A DNA stretch of 54,828 nt, the filler included, from Bipalium vagum (Eukaryota): NCBI GenBank assembly GCA_037834085.1. It is 3 parts of 3 records of this genome, joined end to end, with 100 filler letters (N's around TTAATTAATTAA, not from the genome) between each part and the next. Parts side by side here need not be neighbours in the genome. Positions count along the whole stretch, not along the records: positions 32,589 to 54,828 come from JBBMKC010224669.1; 2 more parts are not named here. One strand, given 5' to 3'. The notes beneath the pieces are model-generated. The model was not told where the DNA came from. It saw only the letters and a list, made by a program, of their open reading frames with translations, and did not search any database. Made by a program: the position numbers and the translations under genes. Below are positions 40,970 through 53,594 of this stretch, in pieces. Positions within the stretch are counted from its first letter, which is position 1, and each line of letters begins with the position of its first letter.

Positions 40970-41330
40970 TGGGTTGTCGGGTATGCCGGCGTGTTTTATC
41001 TTTGATTGCATTCATATTTGGTGTTGAGTTTTTGAACCAGAGAAAGTGTGAAAAGAGAGAGAAAGGAAAATAAACTGTTAATTCCATCTGAAATTGTTTG
41101 GAAACTGCTTTCTGAATTCCATATTATTGTTTGTCTGGCACCGTGGCACCATCATTTTAGTACTATTTACCTAAATCGAAATATGTAACTTTTAGTGTGA
41201 GGTTCCAAAAAAATTCGTGTTGAGAGTAGTGATTGGTCGATGGAGGAAAATTGGAGAATATATAAAAAACTCCCAGATTTTTTGCAGCCAGAAGAAAAAC
41301 AGAATTGACCTAAAACAGGAACAGAGAGTT
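40970..41330 (+). mobile_element. Probable Ty3/Gypsy integrase zinc-binding region relic
   Basis: 'KLLIPSEIVWKLLSEFH' followed by frameshifted 'HRG' and 'WSMEE..GEYIKN', an H2C2-like pattern. Confidence 0.4.
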
Positions 41331-41439
41331 CAATTAGAAGTAGAACTAAAGAATATTAGTTAATTAATGCAGACTTTTTTCTTGTGAAACAATTATTATT
41401 GCGGATAATAAACTGACTTCTATCCAATTTGGTTATTTT

Positions 41440-42302
41440 ATTCGAACGAACCATTTTTAAGAAACATACTTGAGAAAATTGGTTCATATTCTTTTGAACA
41501 TTAGCAGTATCAAAAATTGACCATCATTGTGCTCTGAAAAAACGAGACCATAAAATTTTGTTTGAAATAAAAGCAAGGTATCCGTGGCAGTGTGCATTTT
41601 ATTGTTGAAACAACATGTCGGATCATCAGTATAACCAATTTTCTTTCCATAAGAAATTTGTAATCATCTCATTATGTTGAATTCCGTCGATTGAGACTCT
41701 CGGAAAAGTAAAGTCCAAACACTCATTTAGTTTAAAATTCGAACTGAACCTTGACCCGGTCAAGATACATCGCCTTTGGATTTCCAAATCCCAAAATTCC
41801 ACAGTTTTGTCTGTTGACATCGCAATTAATATGGAAATTTACTTCGTATCAAAGATGATTTTTTTAAAAAATTTTATCAACTTTTCCCTTATTCATAAAT
41901 CATGATGCGAAAAGCCAACGGATTACCTGATCTACTAGTTTTAATGATTATGTAATCTCAACTTTACATATCTTTTGTCAACATTCGTTGAAAGATACCT
42001 TTGCAAATTGATTTTCGATCTTTAACTGTCACATTTAGTTCAAATGTATGTAATAAATTTACAACCGTATGGTCAGAAGGAACATTGTGGTGACCACAAA
42101 CGGAATTGAATTTTCGAACAGTTGCCTCTATACATGATCTACAAACATAATGATTTTCTATAATTTCTAATTTCTGGTCTATTGATTTGATCATTCTTAA
42201 AATATCTGTTTATTAATAATCTTTAAACTAAAAGAAAGTATTTTGGTATTACTTGAATAAAATAACAGCCAATTTAAAATGTCAATTCTTTTTGGGTTAC
42301 CT
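41440..42302 (-). mobile_element. Tc1/mariner-superfamily relic with DUF4817-type HTH (rosa/DD41D-like)
   Basis: 'SIDQKLEIIENHY..ATVRKF..PSDHTV', 'DVNRQNCGILGFGNP' and 'FQQ*NAHCH'. Confidence 0.75.
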
Positions 42303-43275
42303 TTTCAGATTTTTACATAATTTAATATTGATTGGTAAAGCATTACGAATTGAAACCTTGTAACAATGTGTGTATAACTAGATCTTATTATTGTTGAACT
42401 AACTTCTCCAATAATTTCTAGGAAGCGCATATTTTCACTCGATAAATATTTATGCAATTTAAATTGATTTTTTACAGTGCAAAATTAATAATTTTTATAA
42501 TAATTTTTGTGTATTTTTTGAAAATTATCATTAAAATATTATTTATTTTAGAGACCAAAAGGAAACTAAGTTTTATTATTAATATTTTTAAGATTTGGAC
42601 GAGTGTTTTTAAATACTTTGTGATTAAATGAAAATATCATTTATTTTGTAACTATTATTATAATATGTATAAAATGTTGAGTGCTTAAAGATAACAAATA
42701 TTTTCTATTTAAATTAAAGCCATGTTAAATGAATCTTGGAACAAAATATTTAGTCAATCTTTCATTTGAAAGCGGAATTACATAATTTTTCTTTTATTAA
42801 TGAAATCATTACAGATAACGAGGAAATAACTAAAAAAATTGGTTCACTAATTACCATTGGTGTTCAATCTAAAACCTCAAATCCTAAAAAATTTATGAAA
42901 AAACATTAAAAGGTTCAAATTGAAGTTAGCAATTAATTTTAGGCTTTTCCTATTTCGCAGAGAACTAAAAAAAGTCGAACAATTATTTTCTGATGAAATA
43001 TTAGTTCAAAATATTTGTTTATTTACTGTAGCACTTTATGAAGATTTCAAACAAAGATCCGTAAAGTTTTGAAAACTCGGTTTTTAATATTTGAATTTTG
43101 GAGGAAAATTTATCAAACTGTTACACAAATCGTTCCTAAAAATACAATTAACAAAAACGAAAGTTGAAAATTAAAACTGGTCTACACTTATTTTAATACA
43201 TTAGTTTATTTATTTGTTTACTTTTTATTTATTTAAATTTTAACCTTGATCAGATTTTCAGTATTCAATAACACA

Positions 43276-45174
43276 ATGGACGCAGAAAGTATTAATAGTT
43301 CCAATTCTCACAGATCTCACAACAAAAGCGCTCTGTTAAGAAATGCCACCGACTATTCACTATCACCACAATATCAAACCTATGACACCCAGCTCTATGG
43401 CTGTTCCATGAACAATAATGTCTATCCCAACAGTGTGATGCCCGTTTACAATACCGCATTTTATCCCAACAGTTTCAATCCGGCACCGGTATTCAGTAAT
43501 TTCTGCCTAAATATCAATCAACAATCGACAAACACCAATTACGTGCCGGTATCGGTTCTCCAGAACAACGGTTACGGAGACTTTCAGAACATAGTTTCAA
43601 AATCAATCAATAACAACGATTTCAACAACGGCGAAAAGATCCAGGTTCAGATTCTGCCCCAAGACGACAATTGGGGAGCCGACACTTGTACGGCCGTGAC
43701 CAGCGACACTGGTGGCAGTGCTGAGAACATTGCCGGCCTGACGGGCATGGCCAATCATATTTCCAGCAAGCGACAGCGATTCGATTGCATAAGAATAATC
43801 GGCAATTGTATTTTTGTCATTTTGTGTGTGATATCGATTTTTTCTCCCATTGCCATGCTGGTGCTGCCAAATCTGAAATGGCTGGAATGGGGAACGGTCT
43901 TTTGTGACCCTGCCTGTGAGGGCCAGCTGATCAGCTTGACATCTAAGTTGCTCATTCTCATCATCGGCACGTGGGCGCTGTTCTTCCGACGCAAGCAGTA
44001 CAGTGTGACGCGCGTCAGCCTGTTTCGAACGTTTGTCTTGTTCATTGGTTTTGTGATTGTTTTCGGGTACTGGCTGTTCTATTCTGTTCGGATTCTCGAT
44101 AAAAAGTTCCAAGATTTTTACAGCATTGTTTTGTTTTCTGTCAGCTTAATCGACACGCTTTTGTTCGTTCATTATTTGGCTCTGGTGTTGCTCGAGGTAT
44201 ATCAAATGCAAATCTTGTACTATATAAAAGTGACCCGATCACCCGATGGAATAACGCGATTTTATCGAGTCGGGCGTTTATCGATCCAATCGGCTGCCGT
44301 ATTCGTTTTACAGAATTACGTAACGGATTTTCCGGAATACAATTATGATTTGGTCCAATGTTTGAAACGGAAATGTTATAAGCGTTATCAAGCGAAACAG
44401 AACCACGGCAGCAATCAGAACACGCCCAACGACACGCCTGACAAAAAGACCAAATATAAAGTATACAACATCGATTCTGATGGGAATGGGCCGGAAGTTG
44501 AGAATAATTCAGTAAAGCTGATCTCCAACCAGAATATCATAAAAGGCGGAACTGGAACGTCGGCCAGACTTTATGAGGAGGCTGAATGGGATAAAAAATT
44601 CCGTAAAAGACAAATGCGGCTGTTAGTAGCAGTTGAAGAGGCTTTCAGCCATGTCCATGTCTGTGAGGGTACGGACGAGCTGCGATTAGACGACCAGCCG
44701 CGAAATATCGGAGTTTTGGAAGCGGCTCAAACCATTTTGCCGGCCATTATCAAACCGTTACAGAAATTACTTCGCGTATCCCGGCGACACATGAGCTATT
44801 CCAGCAGTATTGTTATCAATCATATCGCGCTGTGTTTGGCTCATCGCTTGTCGGCCAAATATTTGGTCCAACAATTCTCGCCATCCGTAACCGTTATGGA
44901 TTCGTTGGTTTTATCGAGCACCAAGTCGAAAGAGAAACTGAACAAGATTCCCTCGGAAATCTATCTTTCATGGGTAGTGATTTGCAACAAATTACTATCA
45001 AGGGGTCTCAGTGATGATGTAACCTTTCAATTGAAGCCAAGGGATTGTCACGTTGACGATCTGTGTCTTATGTGTACTGTTCACAAGGTGCCTTTCTTCA
45101 GTCTGGAAGAAAAGAAGTTCAACGAGGCCGATTGTCGTTTCATTTTGAATACGAATTCTGAGACTTCAGTCTGA
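43276..45174 (+). CDS. Vang: Van Gogh/Strabismus (Vang-like) planar cell polarity protein, 632 aa, single coding exon
   Basis: 'IQVQILPQDDNWG..TAVT', four TM helices, 'CDPACEG', 'RSPDG', 'LYEEAEW..RKR..RL.VAVEEAF.H' and the C-terminal PDZ ligand ETSV. The first ATG is at 43276 (MDAES). Confidence 0.97.
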   Translation: MDAESINSSNSHRSHNKSALLRNATDYSLSPQYQTYDTQLYGCSMNNNVYPNSVMPVYNTAFYPNSFNPAPVFSNFCLNINQQSTNTNYVPVSVLQNNGYGDFQNIVSKSINNNDFNNGEKIQVQILPQDDNWGADTCTAVTSDTGGSAENIAGLTGMANHISSKRQRFDCIRIIGNCIFVILCVISIFSPIAMLVLPNLKWLEWGTVFCDPACEGQLISLTSKLLILIIGTWALFFRRKQYSVTRVSLFRTFVLFIGFVIVFGYWLFYSVRILDKKFQDFYSIVLFSVSLIDTLLFVHYLALVLLEVYQMQILYYIKVTRSPDGITRFYRVGRLSIQSAAVFVLQNYVTDFPEYNYDLVQCLKRKCYKRYQAKQNHGSNQNTPNDTPDKKTKYKVYNIDSDGNGPEVENNSVKLISNQNIIKGGTGTSARLYEEAEWDKKFRKRQMRLLVAVEEAFSHVHVCEGTDELRLDDQPRNIGVLEAAQTILPAIIKPLQKLLRVSRRHMSYSSSIVINHIALCLAHRLSAKYLVQQFSPSVTVMDSLVLSSTKSKEKLNKIPSEIYLSWVVICNKLLSRGLSDDVTFQLKPRDCHVDDLCLMCTVHKVPFFSLEEKKFNEADCRFILNTNSETSV

Positions 45175-45422
45175 TGATAACATTTTGCAGATTTTTATCA
45201 TGGTCTTTTGTGATAAAATCCTTGTTAAACGTTTGCATTTATCAAACCAAAAATATTGTTGTAACGAAAAAATGAGATTGAATGGAGATTATTATTTATC
45301 CTTCGCTTTGCTTGGCAATGCTTGAATGGCTTACAAATACTGGCGGAATTGTAAACAGTGATTTTTAGATCTCGAGAATGTATTCATTTGTCGTGATATT
45401 TTATTTGATAATAATTTATTTG

Positions 45423-45428
45423 AATAAA
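45423..45428 (+). terminator. Candidate polyadenylation signal of Vang
   Basis: AATAAA ~250 nt after the stop, followed by a T/pyrimidine-rich tract. Weak evidence in AT-rich DNA. Confidence 0.4.
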
Positions 45429-46599
45429 TCCTTTATTAACCATCTTCTGGCCGTCTTGCCTCCCCTTTTGCTGTTTCTGATTAAAAATAAATAAATTATC
45501 GATTATCTGAAATATTAATTTTATTGGAAATTATCAATTTTATTTGAACATTAAATATTTGTCCGCTGAAAAGAAGAAAATGACCCCACTTTTCTTTGGA
45601 ATTATTATCATTATCAATATTCTTTCTTTCGAACCAAGTTCAGCTTTGTTACGGATCAGTGGAGGCAGACACGAGAGAATTTACATAATGTAATTACAAA
45701 AGGATTTTATAATTTATAAGGCATAAGATGAAGAAACGAAATTATATAAATATGATATTCTGCAGAATTTCTCTCAAATCCGGCAATGGGTTGCTTTGAC
45801 ATATTTTGCTGACGATGATTAGGGTGATACTGAATTTCAATGTTTTTCTGCATGTTAATTTTGCTATCAAGGCAGATGGGATTTTCCTTTCACAATTTGA
45901 GGATAGATGCAATTGATTTTTTCGTTGAAAAAAAATAAAGAAAATTGTTAGAATTTGCAAAAAATATAAATAATATAATGGTTTTCGTTTCTCCTTGATT
46001 ATGATATTATCATTAATAAATTAATGATGAAATCCATTGGGAGATTTTTCGCTAGAGTACTTCAAGTCGAGCGAATTTTCCCTTGAAATTTTCAACTTAT
46101 TTTACTATATTCTTTGCAAAGCGAAATATCAGAGAGAATTATATTATAAGCTGTGACTTAATTTTATTTTTATATTTAAAGAATTTACTTGGACTTTTAT
46201 CCAATTAAATAATTGGAAAATTAATTAATTAGTATTTTTTTCATTTAATTTTTTAAAATTATTTTTTGAAAAGTTAAATTTTTTGCAAGCGAAAATTTTT
46301 ACGTAATATATTATTTGAAATAATTATTTTCATGTTATTCTTAAAATGTTTATTGTTTCATTCAATTAGGAAGTAAGAAATATGATAGGATCCTCCTCAG
46401 ACGCAAGAGTAAAAGGCCATAAAGATCATATTAGTGATCAAAGATGAAGTTCACTTTTTATAATCATTTTTATTTTGAGCTGTTGAATTGGAGATATTTC
46501 AGAAGAATTATTATTAATGTGACAATGTCAATGACAAAAATTGAAACATTTTCTGATCAATAGTATCAATATGTTCTAAATGAAAGTTTTACAAAGTAA

Positions 46600-47400
46600 A
46601 TGTCAAATAAATAATAAATTAAGGCAACTTATAAAATTTGTATTATTAAATTTTTTGGCCGGGTGTTATCGTGCTGGAAGATAAGTATGTCGCGTCTCTG
46701 CATATTCTGATCACTTATTTTTCAATGACTAGTTTAAATCTATCAATTGCTGTTGGCAAAGTTTTGGACTGATGGTTTAGTTCTCTTTTAATAACTTGTG
46801 ATACGCTAAACCTATATGGTATCATCATATGCAGATAAATAATTGCAGTGTATATCAGCTTTGATTTTCTTCGTTAAGTATTATGGAAGTGTATCCACTT
46901 TTCGTTTCCAGTCAATAAGAAGTGCAAAAAACTTTTTCTTTTTACCTTTTAAGAAAGATCTCACACATTGTTTTTCGTTTCTTCATATCTTTTTTTTCAT
47001 TTCATATGGCAATTATCCTCCTTCCTTGTAAATCTATCTCATGGGTGCCAAACGATTAGAAATTCCACATTCAAGAATTGTGAGAGCTTGTCTTGGGTCG
47101 ATACGGATCTTTATCGATCCGTGATTGACACCTATAATCCATCGTCTTCAAGCTTTTTCGGCTAAAACGACTAAGCCATTCAATGTCTGGTTTATCGTTC
47201 TTAGCAATTTCACCATAGACGTCCTGGAGCATTAGTCGAGCTTCAAGTGATATTTTTTCAAATGGACGCAAAAAATGATCACTTTCCGAAAATGTTGTCG
47301 CCTTTGGTGTTCTTATTTTGACATTTTTGATTGAGTTAAGTAAAATGTTATTGTTAAAATTTCAAGCATTTTTTAGAAAAGTGTATTAAAAATATTTCCA
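46600..47400 (-). mobile_element. Decayed mariner element
   Basis: Minus strand reads 'HFRKVI', 'SLEARLMLQDVYGE..IEWLSRF', 'LDWKRKVDT' and 'IFQHDNTRP'. Confidence 0.8.
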
Positions 47401-47464
47401 GACTGAAGCATAAATAAAGCTGAAATTATCATATATTATTATATGTTAAAAAATAATCAATAAA

Positions 47465-47900
47465 TAAAGGGTGTATACGAAAAAAACTGGTCGGCAAAAT
47501 ACAGCTTTCAAATTTGCATTATTAAATTTTTGAATATCCAAAAAAACGTAATATTTACAAAAATTACGGTATTCTATGAGACGGATCAAAGTTTGGAATT
47601 CATACTTCACATTAGGTGCTGCACATCATTTTCAGTAACCTCAGATGATATTTTGACCCATTCCTTTTCAAATTCCTTTTCCTTTTTCACGTTTTGTTTT
47701 GTTAACAATAATTTCCTTTTCATTATAGCCCAATATTTTTCAATTGGTCGGAATTCCGGACAATTAGTTTCGGAGAATTAGCACTCTTCGGTATAATATT
47801 GACCTTATTCTCATTGTACCAGTCTATGGTCGATTTTCCATAGTGACATGTTGCCAAATCAGGCCATAACACAACTGGAACGTAATGACATGGAAAGTTT
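47465..47900 (-). mobile_element. DD37E-type (ITmD37E) transposase 3' relic
   Basis: Minus strand reads 'LWPDLATCHYGKSTIDWYNENKVNIIPK' then 'NCPEFRPIEKYWAIMKRK'. TIR-like taaagggtgtatacg lies at 47465. Confidence 0.75.
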
Positions 47901-48435
47901 AATCAACATGAGAACGAAGCGAATTAATTCGTACACAGAAACAAACAAAAATTTTTAAGAGAAATTCATTTAAATATGTCAATCATAAAAGATTAAAATA
48001 AATTGAAATCAGTGGATAAAGTGATTGAAGTGGACTTATGAGAAATCAATTAGGAATAATAAAAAGTATTTGAAAACGTATCTATTAAGCAACACAACTC
48101 TCAAATAAAGGTTAAAAATATATTTAAATTTAAGTCGAATAAATAAACTTTTCTTATTTAAATATCTTCTTGTAAATGGTTGTGGTTATTCAAAAAAAAT
48201 ATAACAGAATTCTCTTCATATGAAATAAAGCTGTTAATAAATGAACTAATAAATTCTCGAGGTAAAGCAATTAAAGTCATAGAAAAAGTCGGATTATCTA
48301 TGAAAAAGATCAGTTAGAAAAGGTAAGTCGCGGAGGAATAAAAAAATTGACAAAATTTAAAAAAGTGGGCAACTTTCTACAAGAAATTATTTCGAGAAAG
48401 TTTAAAGAAAAACAAAAAAGAAGTACATCACAATT

Positions 48436-48436
<1 letters not shown>

Positions 48437-48496
<60 letters not shown>
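48437..48496. repeat. (TAA)n microsatellite
   Basis: Direct trinucleotide run. Confidence 0.95.
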
Positions 48497-49269
48497 GAAT
48501 TTTATTCGTGACTTATTTAATAAAACGTATTACAAAATATATATAGTAAAATATGTTAAAAGTTCATTATAAAACTTTTAAGATCTTACTTGATCGTGAT
48601 GCGAAATGTGCAGACAGTTTTTATTAGAGGAGTTTTCATTGAACTGTGACAAGCCTCTTTATCTACATTTTTAAGATGATATCTCTCCTAACATTTGTTG
48701 AGCCATATGCCTATTCAGAATTTCAGAAATCTTAGTCTATTTCAGACAATGGGGAGGTGAGCTGCCTGCTATAGTTAGCATTAATGTGGAATACAAATGA
48801 TAGTAATAGCGATAAAGAAATCGTTAGTGACATTTTATAAATGATCTTGGTAAAAATAAAAATTGATCCAAAGACTAATGTACCGACATTATTAATAAGC
48901 AATGGCTGATGAAAAGAAACCGGGATGTGGTGTGGTCGAGTTACTTATTTTATAATGGGTTTTTCTTAATCTTTATATCTATATACATTGCAAGACAATG
49001 GGAACTAATGAAAAGGGAAACAATTTAATTTATAAATCTCTAACTCGATTTTAGATTAAGTGACTGAACATAATTAATTTATTAAAAATAGTCTTTTTTA
49101 AAAGTCCTATTATTAAACAGATCTATTAGGTTGTTAGTTTAGAAATGTGTTTTAATCAATAACATTCTTATACAGAAACAGCAAAAAACCGCGCATTTTA
49201 ACTTTTCTTACGTATATTTGTCTCATAATTTTTATTAACGTTATCATTTTTCAGTTGGAAAATAAGCTT

Positions 49270-49680
49270 AGAAATAATCTTGAAGAAAAATAAAGTACCG
49301 ACTTTATATAATTGGTATGATTTCAAACAAAGAAAGACTGCTGCAAAATCATACCGAACGATATATGCGGTGTGTTCGGTGATATTGTTATTAGTAGTTG
49401 TCAATGTAGGAAATGGTTTCTTTCGCTTAAACATAAAAATCTAGATCTGAAAAATGATCAGCATGTATGACGTGCTTAAACGGTAGATTATGATGTCTTA
49501 AGAGAAGTCATTGAGATAGATCATCGATAAACTATTCGAGAACTTTCTGAAAGGTTAAAATGCAGCCATGTGGTCAAAAAAGCTATTTAAATTCAATTGG
49601 TAATATAAATAATTTTTGCAAATGGATCCCACACCAACTTAATTTTGAAAGCATGTTAACTCAAAAACATAATGATTTTG
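49270..49680 (+). mobile_element. Mariner transposase 5' relic
   Basis: 'YDFKQRKTAAKSYRTI', 'CRKWF', 'TIRELSERL' and 'KWIPHQL'. Confidence 0.75.
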
Positions 49681-50579
49681 ATCGATTTTATATATAATTA
49701 ATTTCAATAATATTGACGATTTATAAATATTTAAGATATTCAATTAAAATTATTAAATAAAATCAATATTAAAAAATTAATAAAAAAATATTAAAATTTT
49801 CTAATTTTTCACGTCAATACAAAAAATCTCATAAATATTTTAAAGTTGATTAAAAAAATTAAAAATAAAATTATTAAAATTATTGAATGAAAGTTTTAAA
49901 TAATTAATAATAAAATTTATCGATTCTTATTTATTTACGTGTGTAATAAAAAGATAATTTTCGGTCACATACAACTTTAGTTTCTCAACAAAAATAAATA
50001 GGCCGAGAACAAAGAGGAAATAATTAAAGAAAACTGATAATTATACGAATATTATCCTGATAATACAGATCTGAGAGAAAACTTCTAATTTTTCAGTAAA
50101 ATCTGAGGAAAAATTAATTATCAACTAAGAATATTTTGTTATCCTGAGATAATTAAATAAGTATCACGAATATGGATTGAATTAGGAAACCTTAAAAGAA
50201 TTTGCGGAGTGATCGAGATAAAATTGACTTAATAATAAAAGAGGATTTTTTCCAATATTTGCAATACTGTGTAATATATATTTACCAAGCGATTTTTCTT
50301 TTTCTTAAAGAGACTGTCAAATTTATCTCGAACACCCCCTTTAGAACAGACGTAGTATATAAAGCTGTATGACTGTCTTTCAACTCAAAACCTTCGGAAT
50401 GGTACAAAACCCGAATTCGACAAATTGCCAAATTTGGGCCCTTGTTTGTGAAAATGATGGATATTACTTAACCTACAACCCTTGTTTTGTGCAATAAAAA
50501 TTGTAAAAGGAATTTCTTATTCGAAACGCTCAGTTTTATGGACACCTTAATAATAAGTAGTTATGTATAGATGAAACTG

Positions 50580-51540
50580 TAGAACTAAATAGAATTTCAT
50601 AAAGACCAAATTAAATCTTTCTCCAGGAAGATCTCATAGAAAGTCTTGGTTTTAATTTTGGTCGGCCTGGGTCCATAGGATGATGTCAAGTTTCAATGAC
50701 TTCTTTTCACAAAACCTATACCAAGTTATCTCCATTCGTAATGTAACAGATTTCAGGCTAGATTTACATAGTCATTTGAATGAAATTTATGTTGGAAGAC
50801 CGTTTCCCAGAACATAAGAAAACTCTTTTCAAGTCTTTACCATTAATTTTTATGAGAATTAAGCACAACGTATTCTTTTACCTTTAACATAATCCCCTTT
50901 TACGTGTGTACACATAATTTTAATCAAGATCAACATAGGCAGACCTTGACTTGATTTTTGAACATCCTACTTGAAATAGACATTTGAATGAGATTTCAAA
51001 CACGGAAAGTTATTTCGAAGCAATTGGAGAAATTGGTCATCTATCTTGGTAGATCTGGTAGTTCTGATAGCGGGGCTACTTACATTACTTTTGAAATGCA
51101 CATTATTTCTTTTAGATTAACAAAGGTTATCAATAGAACAAAGTGGAGTTTTCTGTCTTATAGCCTAAGGATTTTACTAATGAAAACAAGACCTGTGAGG
51201 TTAGTGAGGTTAGAGCATTTTTTGATACTAAAACACTGAATCAGACAAGGTTGAAGAGACTTAAGAAGTAGGTAAACCTTACTTTCACAATGTTTCTTAT
51301 AATGCTTCTTATAAAAGATATTTAGACAATCTACGGAGATCAGATCAAATCTCATTTGAAAGGCGATGTGTAAAAATAATTTCTTCATCAACCTTTAATA
51401 TAAAAAAAGGTAGTCTTCATTGTAGAAGCACAAAGTGTCAGTAATTGACAAAGGTATTATAATAGAGCTACCTGCTCATTATTCCATAAGACGTATAATT
51501 AAATGTATTTCGATGTCATTGTCAAATATCACTGAAGTTT
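50580..51540 (-). mobile_element. Probable degenerate LINE ORF2 fragment
   Basis: GC-richer block with decayed coding-like frames and an 'SSYGP' motif like the pre-RT 'S.GPD'. Family not assignable. Confidence 0.3.
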
Positions 51541-53594
51541 TACTAATTACATCTGATAATGACCAATCATTGATAAAATATATGTCGTTATTTTTATTTT
51601 AATAATATTTATTATTTTTGAGTTTTCGCTATTTTGATTACGTTTTGTGTCATTTTTCATTAACTTTGTGTGAGAGTAATAAAATTTATTAAATTCAGCA
51701 CCGCCATTTATGAGCGAAATAATACAATTGAGGGATAGTATTCTTATTTATTTACAAGGAGATGGGTAACCAAATAAGGCGTTTAATAATAAAGTATTTA
51801 TATCTTGCCTAAAATATATTATATTATGTATTAGTATATAATCAACATGGAAGCCTGACTATTATGCAAAACAACGACCACATTAATATAGGATAATTGA
51901 CCAATTCTTTGTTGGAGTGGAATGCAATCAACCACATTGATCTCTGATGATATGCCTCATATTGTGGAATTTTGAGTCAAAGAAAAAAATGAAAACATTC
52001 AAATCCGTGGACGAAATAAAAATAATCCCACAATTGTTTTTGGCAGAGCAGGCAACATATAAGCTAAGTCATGGTTGAACCGATTGAGAAACCATTTAAA
52101 AATATCATTTTGGGTCATGATGAATATTTGCAGAGATCATAAAACGTTTTGTAAGTTTTGTTTTAATTTTTTTGAGTTCTTAAATATATTAGTCAATAGT
52201 TTTTATCTTTAATATTGTATCTTAATACTATATTTAAATGTTAAATTCGCTCTGAGACACTTCTGAAATGAATTGTGTCAAAGTACCACAAGAAGGATAG
52301 GAAAGAATAATACACAATAATTTAATTATACTATAATAAAGCCTGGCAAATCAGGTTTGCTATTTATTCAATTTTGATTTTCGTATTTTAATAATGGTTT
52401 TACATTTTAATTTAAACTTATTTATTGAACTATCGATTCATTTTTATTGTGTTTGATTTATATTCGTTTTGTGTATATTTTACTGTTTGATATTGGTTAC
52501 GAGTGATAGTTGATCTAATTGATTTGAAACATCAGAAATTGGTGTTGCTGGAACATTAGATTTTTCTGTTAATTATTGTGTTATTGTCAATAAAGTTTTA
52601 TTGTTGAGTTAATTTTTTTTTCATCATCAACACCAACCATTAGTAAGGATAAAGATAGCGAGATAGAGCTTAAATTCCTACTTAACACAATAATAAAATT
52701 TATATTTTAATTATATATTATAGAATTTCAATTTCTTTATTTAAACTAATAATCATTTTAATAAAAAATGTAATGCTTATTAAATATTATATTTAACTTA
52801 ATTGTAGCATTTAATTTTAATTACCCAATTAATAATAAAATATTTTTATTTATTTTATTTTATTGATTTTCCATTCAGAGTATAATTTCATTATATAATT
52901 TTATTCTGTTACCTATCTTGTTAATTAATTTCTCCTTTCAATTCAGAAATTAAACAGTCTTGAAAACCGGCTAATAAAAATATAAAATTTCAGTATTTCC
53001 CTTTTTAATAATTCCTATTACTGACCTATCAGAGTCGATTGTTGAACTAATTATTATTATGGTAAGGAAATTAATTACCTAAATATTAATTATTTCAGTC
53101 ATCATTTGTGAGGTAGTGTAAATACGCAGTGGGGATAGATTACAGTCTTCGTTTCCTAAAGATCTAAAAATATAGCACTGTATTATTTTGGATTCTGTTT
53201 TAAAATGAACCTGACTTTTCTTGAAGAAAATCCCAGTGAAGATTAAGTTAGAAGCGGACTGAAAAATGATATTAATAATTTTAGAATAGTTAGGTTATCT
53301 AGCGGCTGTGGGATAAGAAGGTTTTTGTGAAAATATAAAAATCATTTTATTTCTTATCACTACTGTAGTAATTGTGTGGTTAATCTATAAAGCTGAAAAC
53401 AGATTGGAAGGTCTTCTTTTGCAATTTATAGTACGTATACATTTCTCAATCCTCATCCTGATCAATTTTGTTTGTAGTTTTGGTTTTATTTCACATTCAT
53501 TTAACACAGTGACTGTCGGGCCACATATTGCTGTTTTTTAATTTTCCATTGAAACTAGCCATGAGTGCATTAGTCAGATAGCAGCATATAACTG

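Noticed and set aside
43246-43275. TTG-initiated N-terminal extension of Vang
   Set aside because: Only 10 codons, overlapping a pyrimidine tract and AG acceptor; ATG 43276 gives the family-typical MD.ES start.
43603-45014. ORFs 43603..44112, 43755..44045 and 44832..45014
   Set aside because: Antisense or alternate-frame shadows of Vang.
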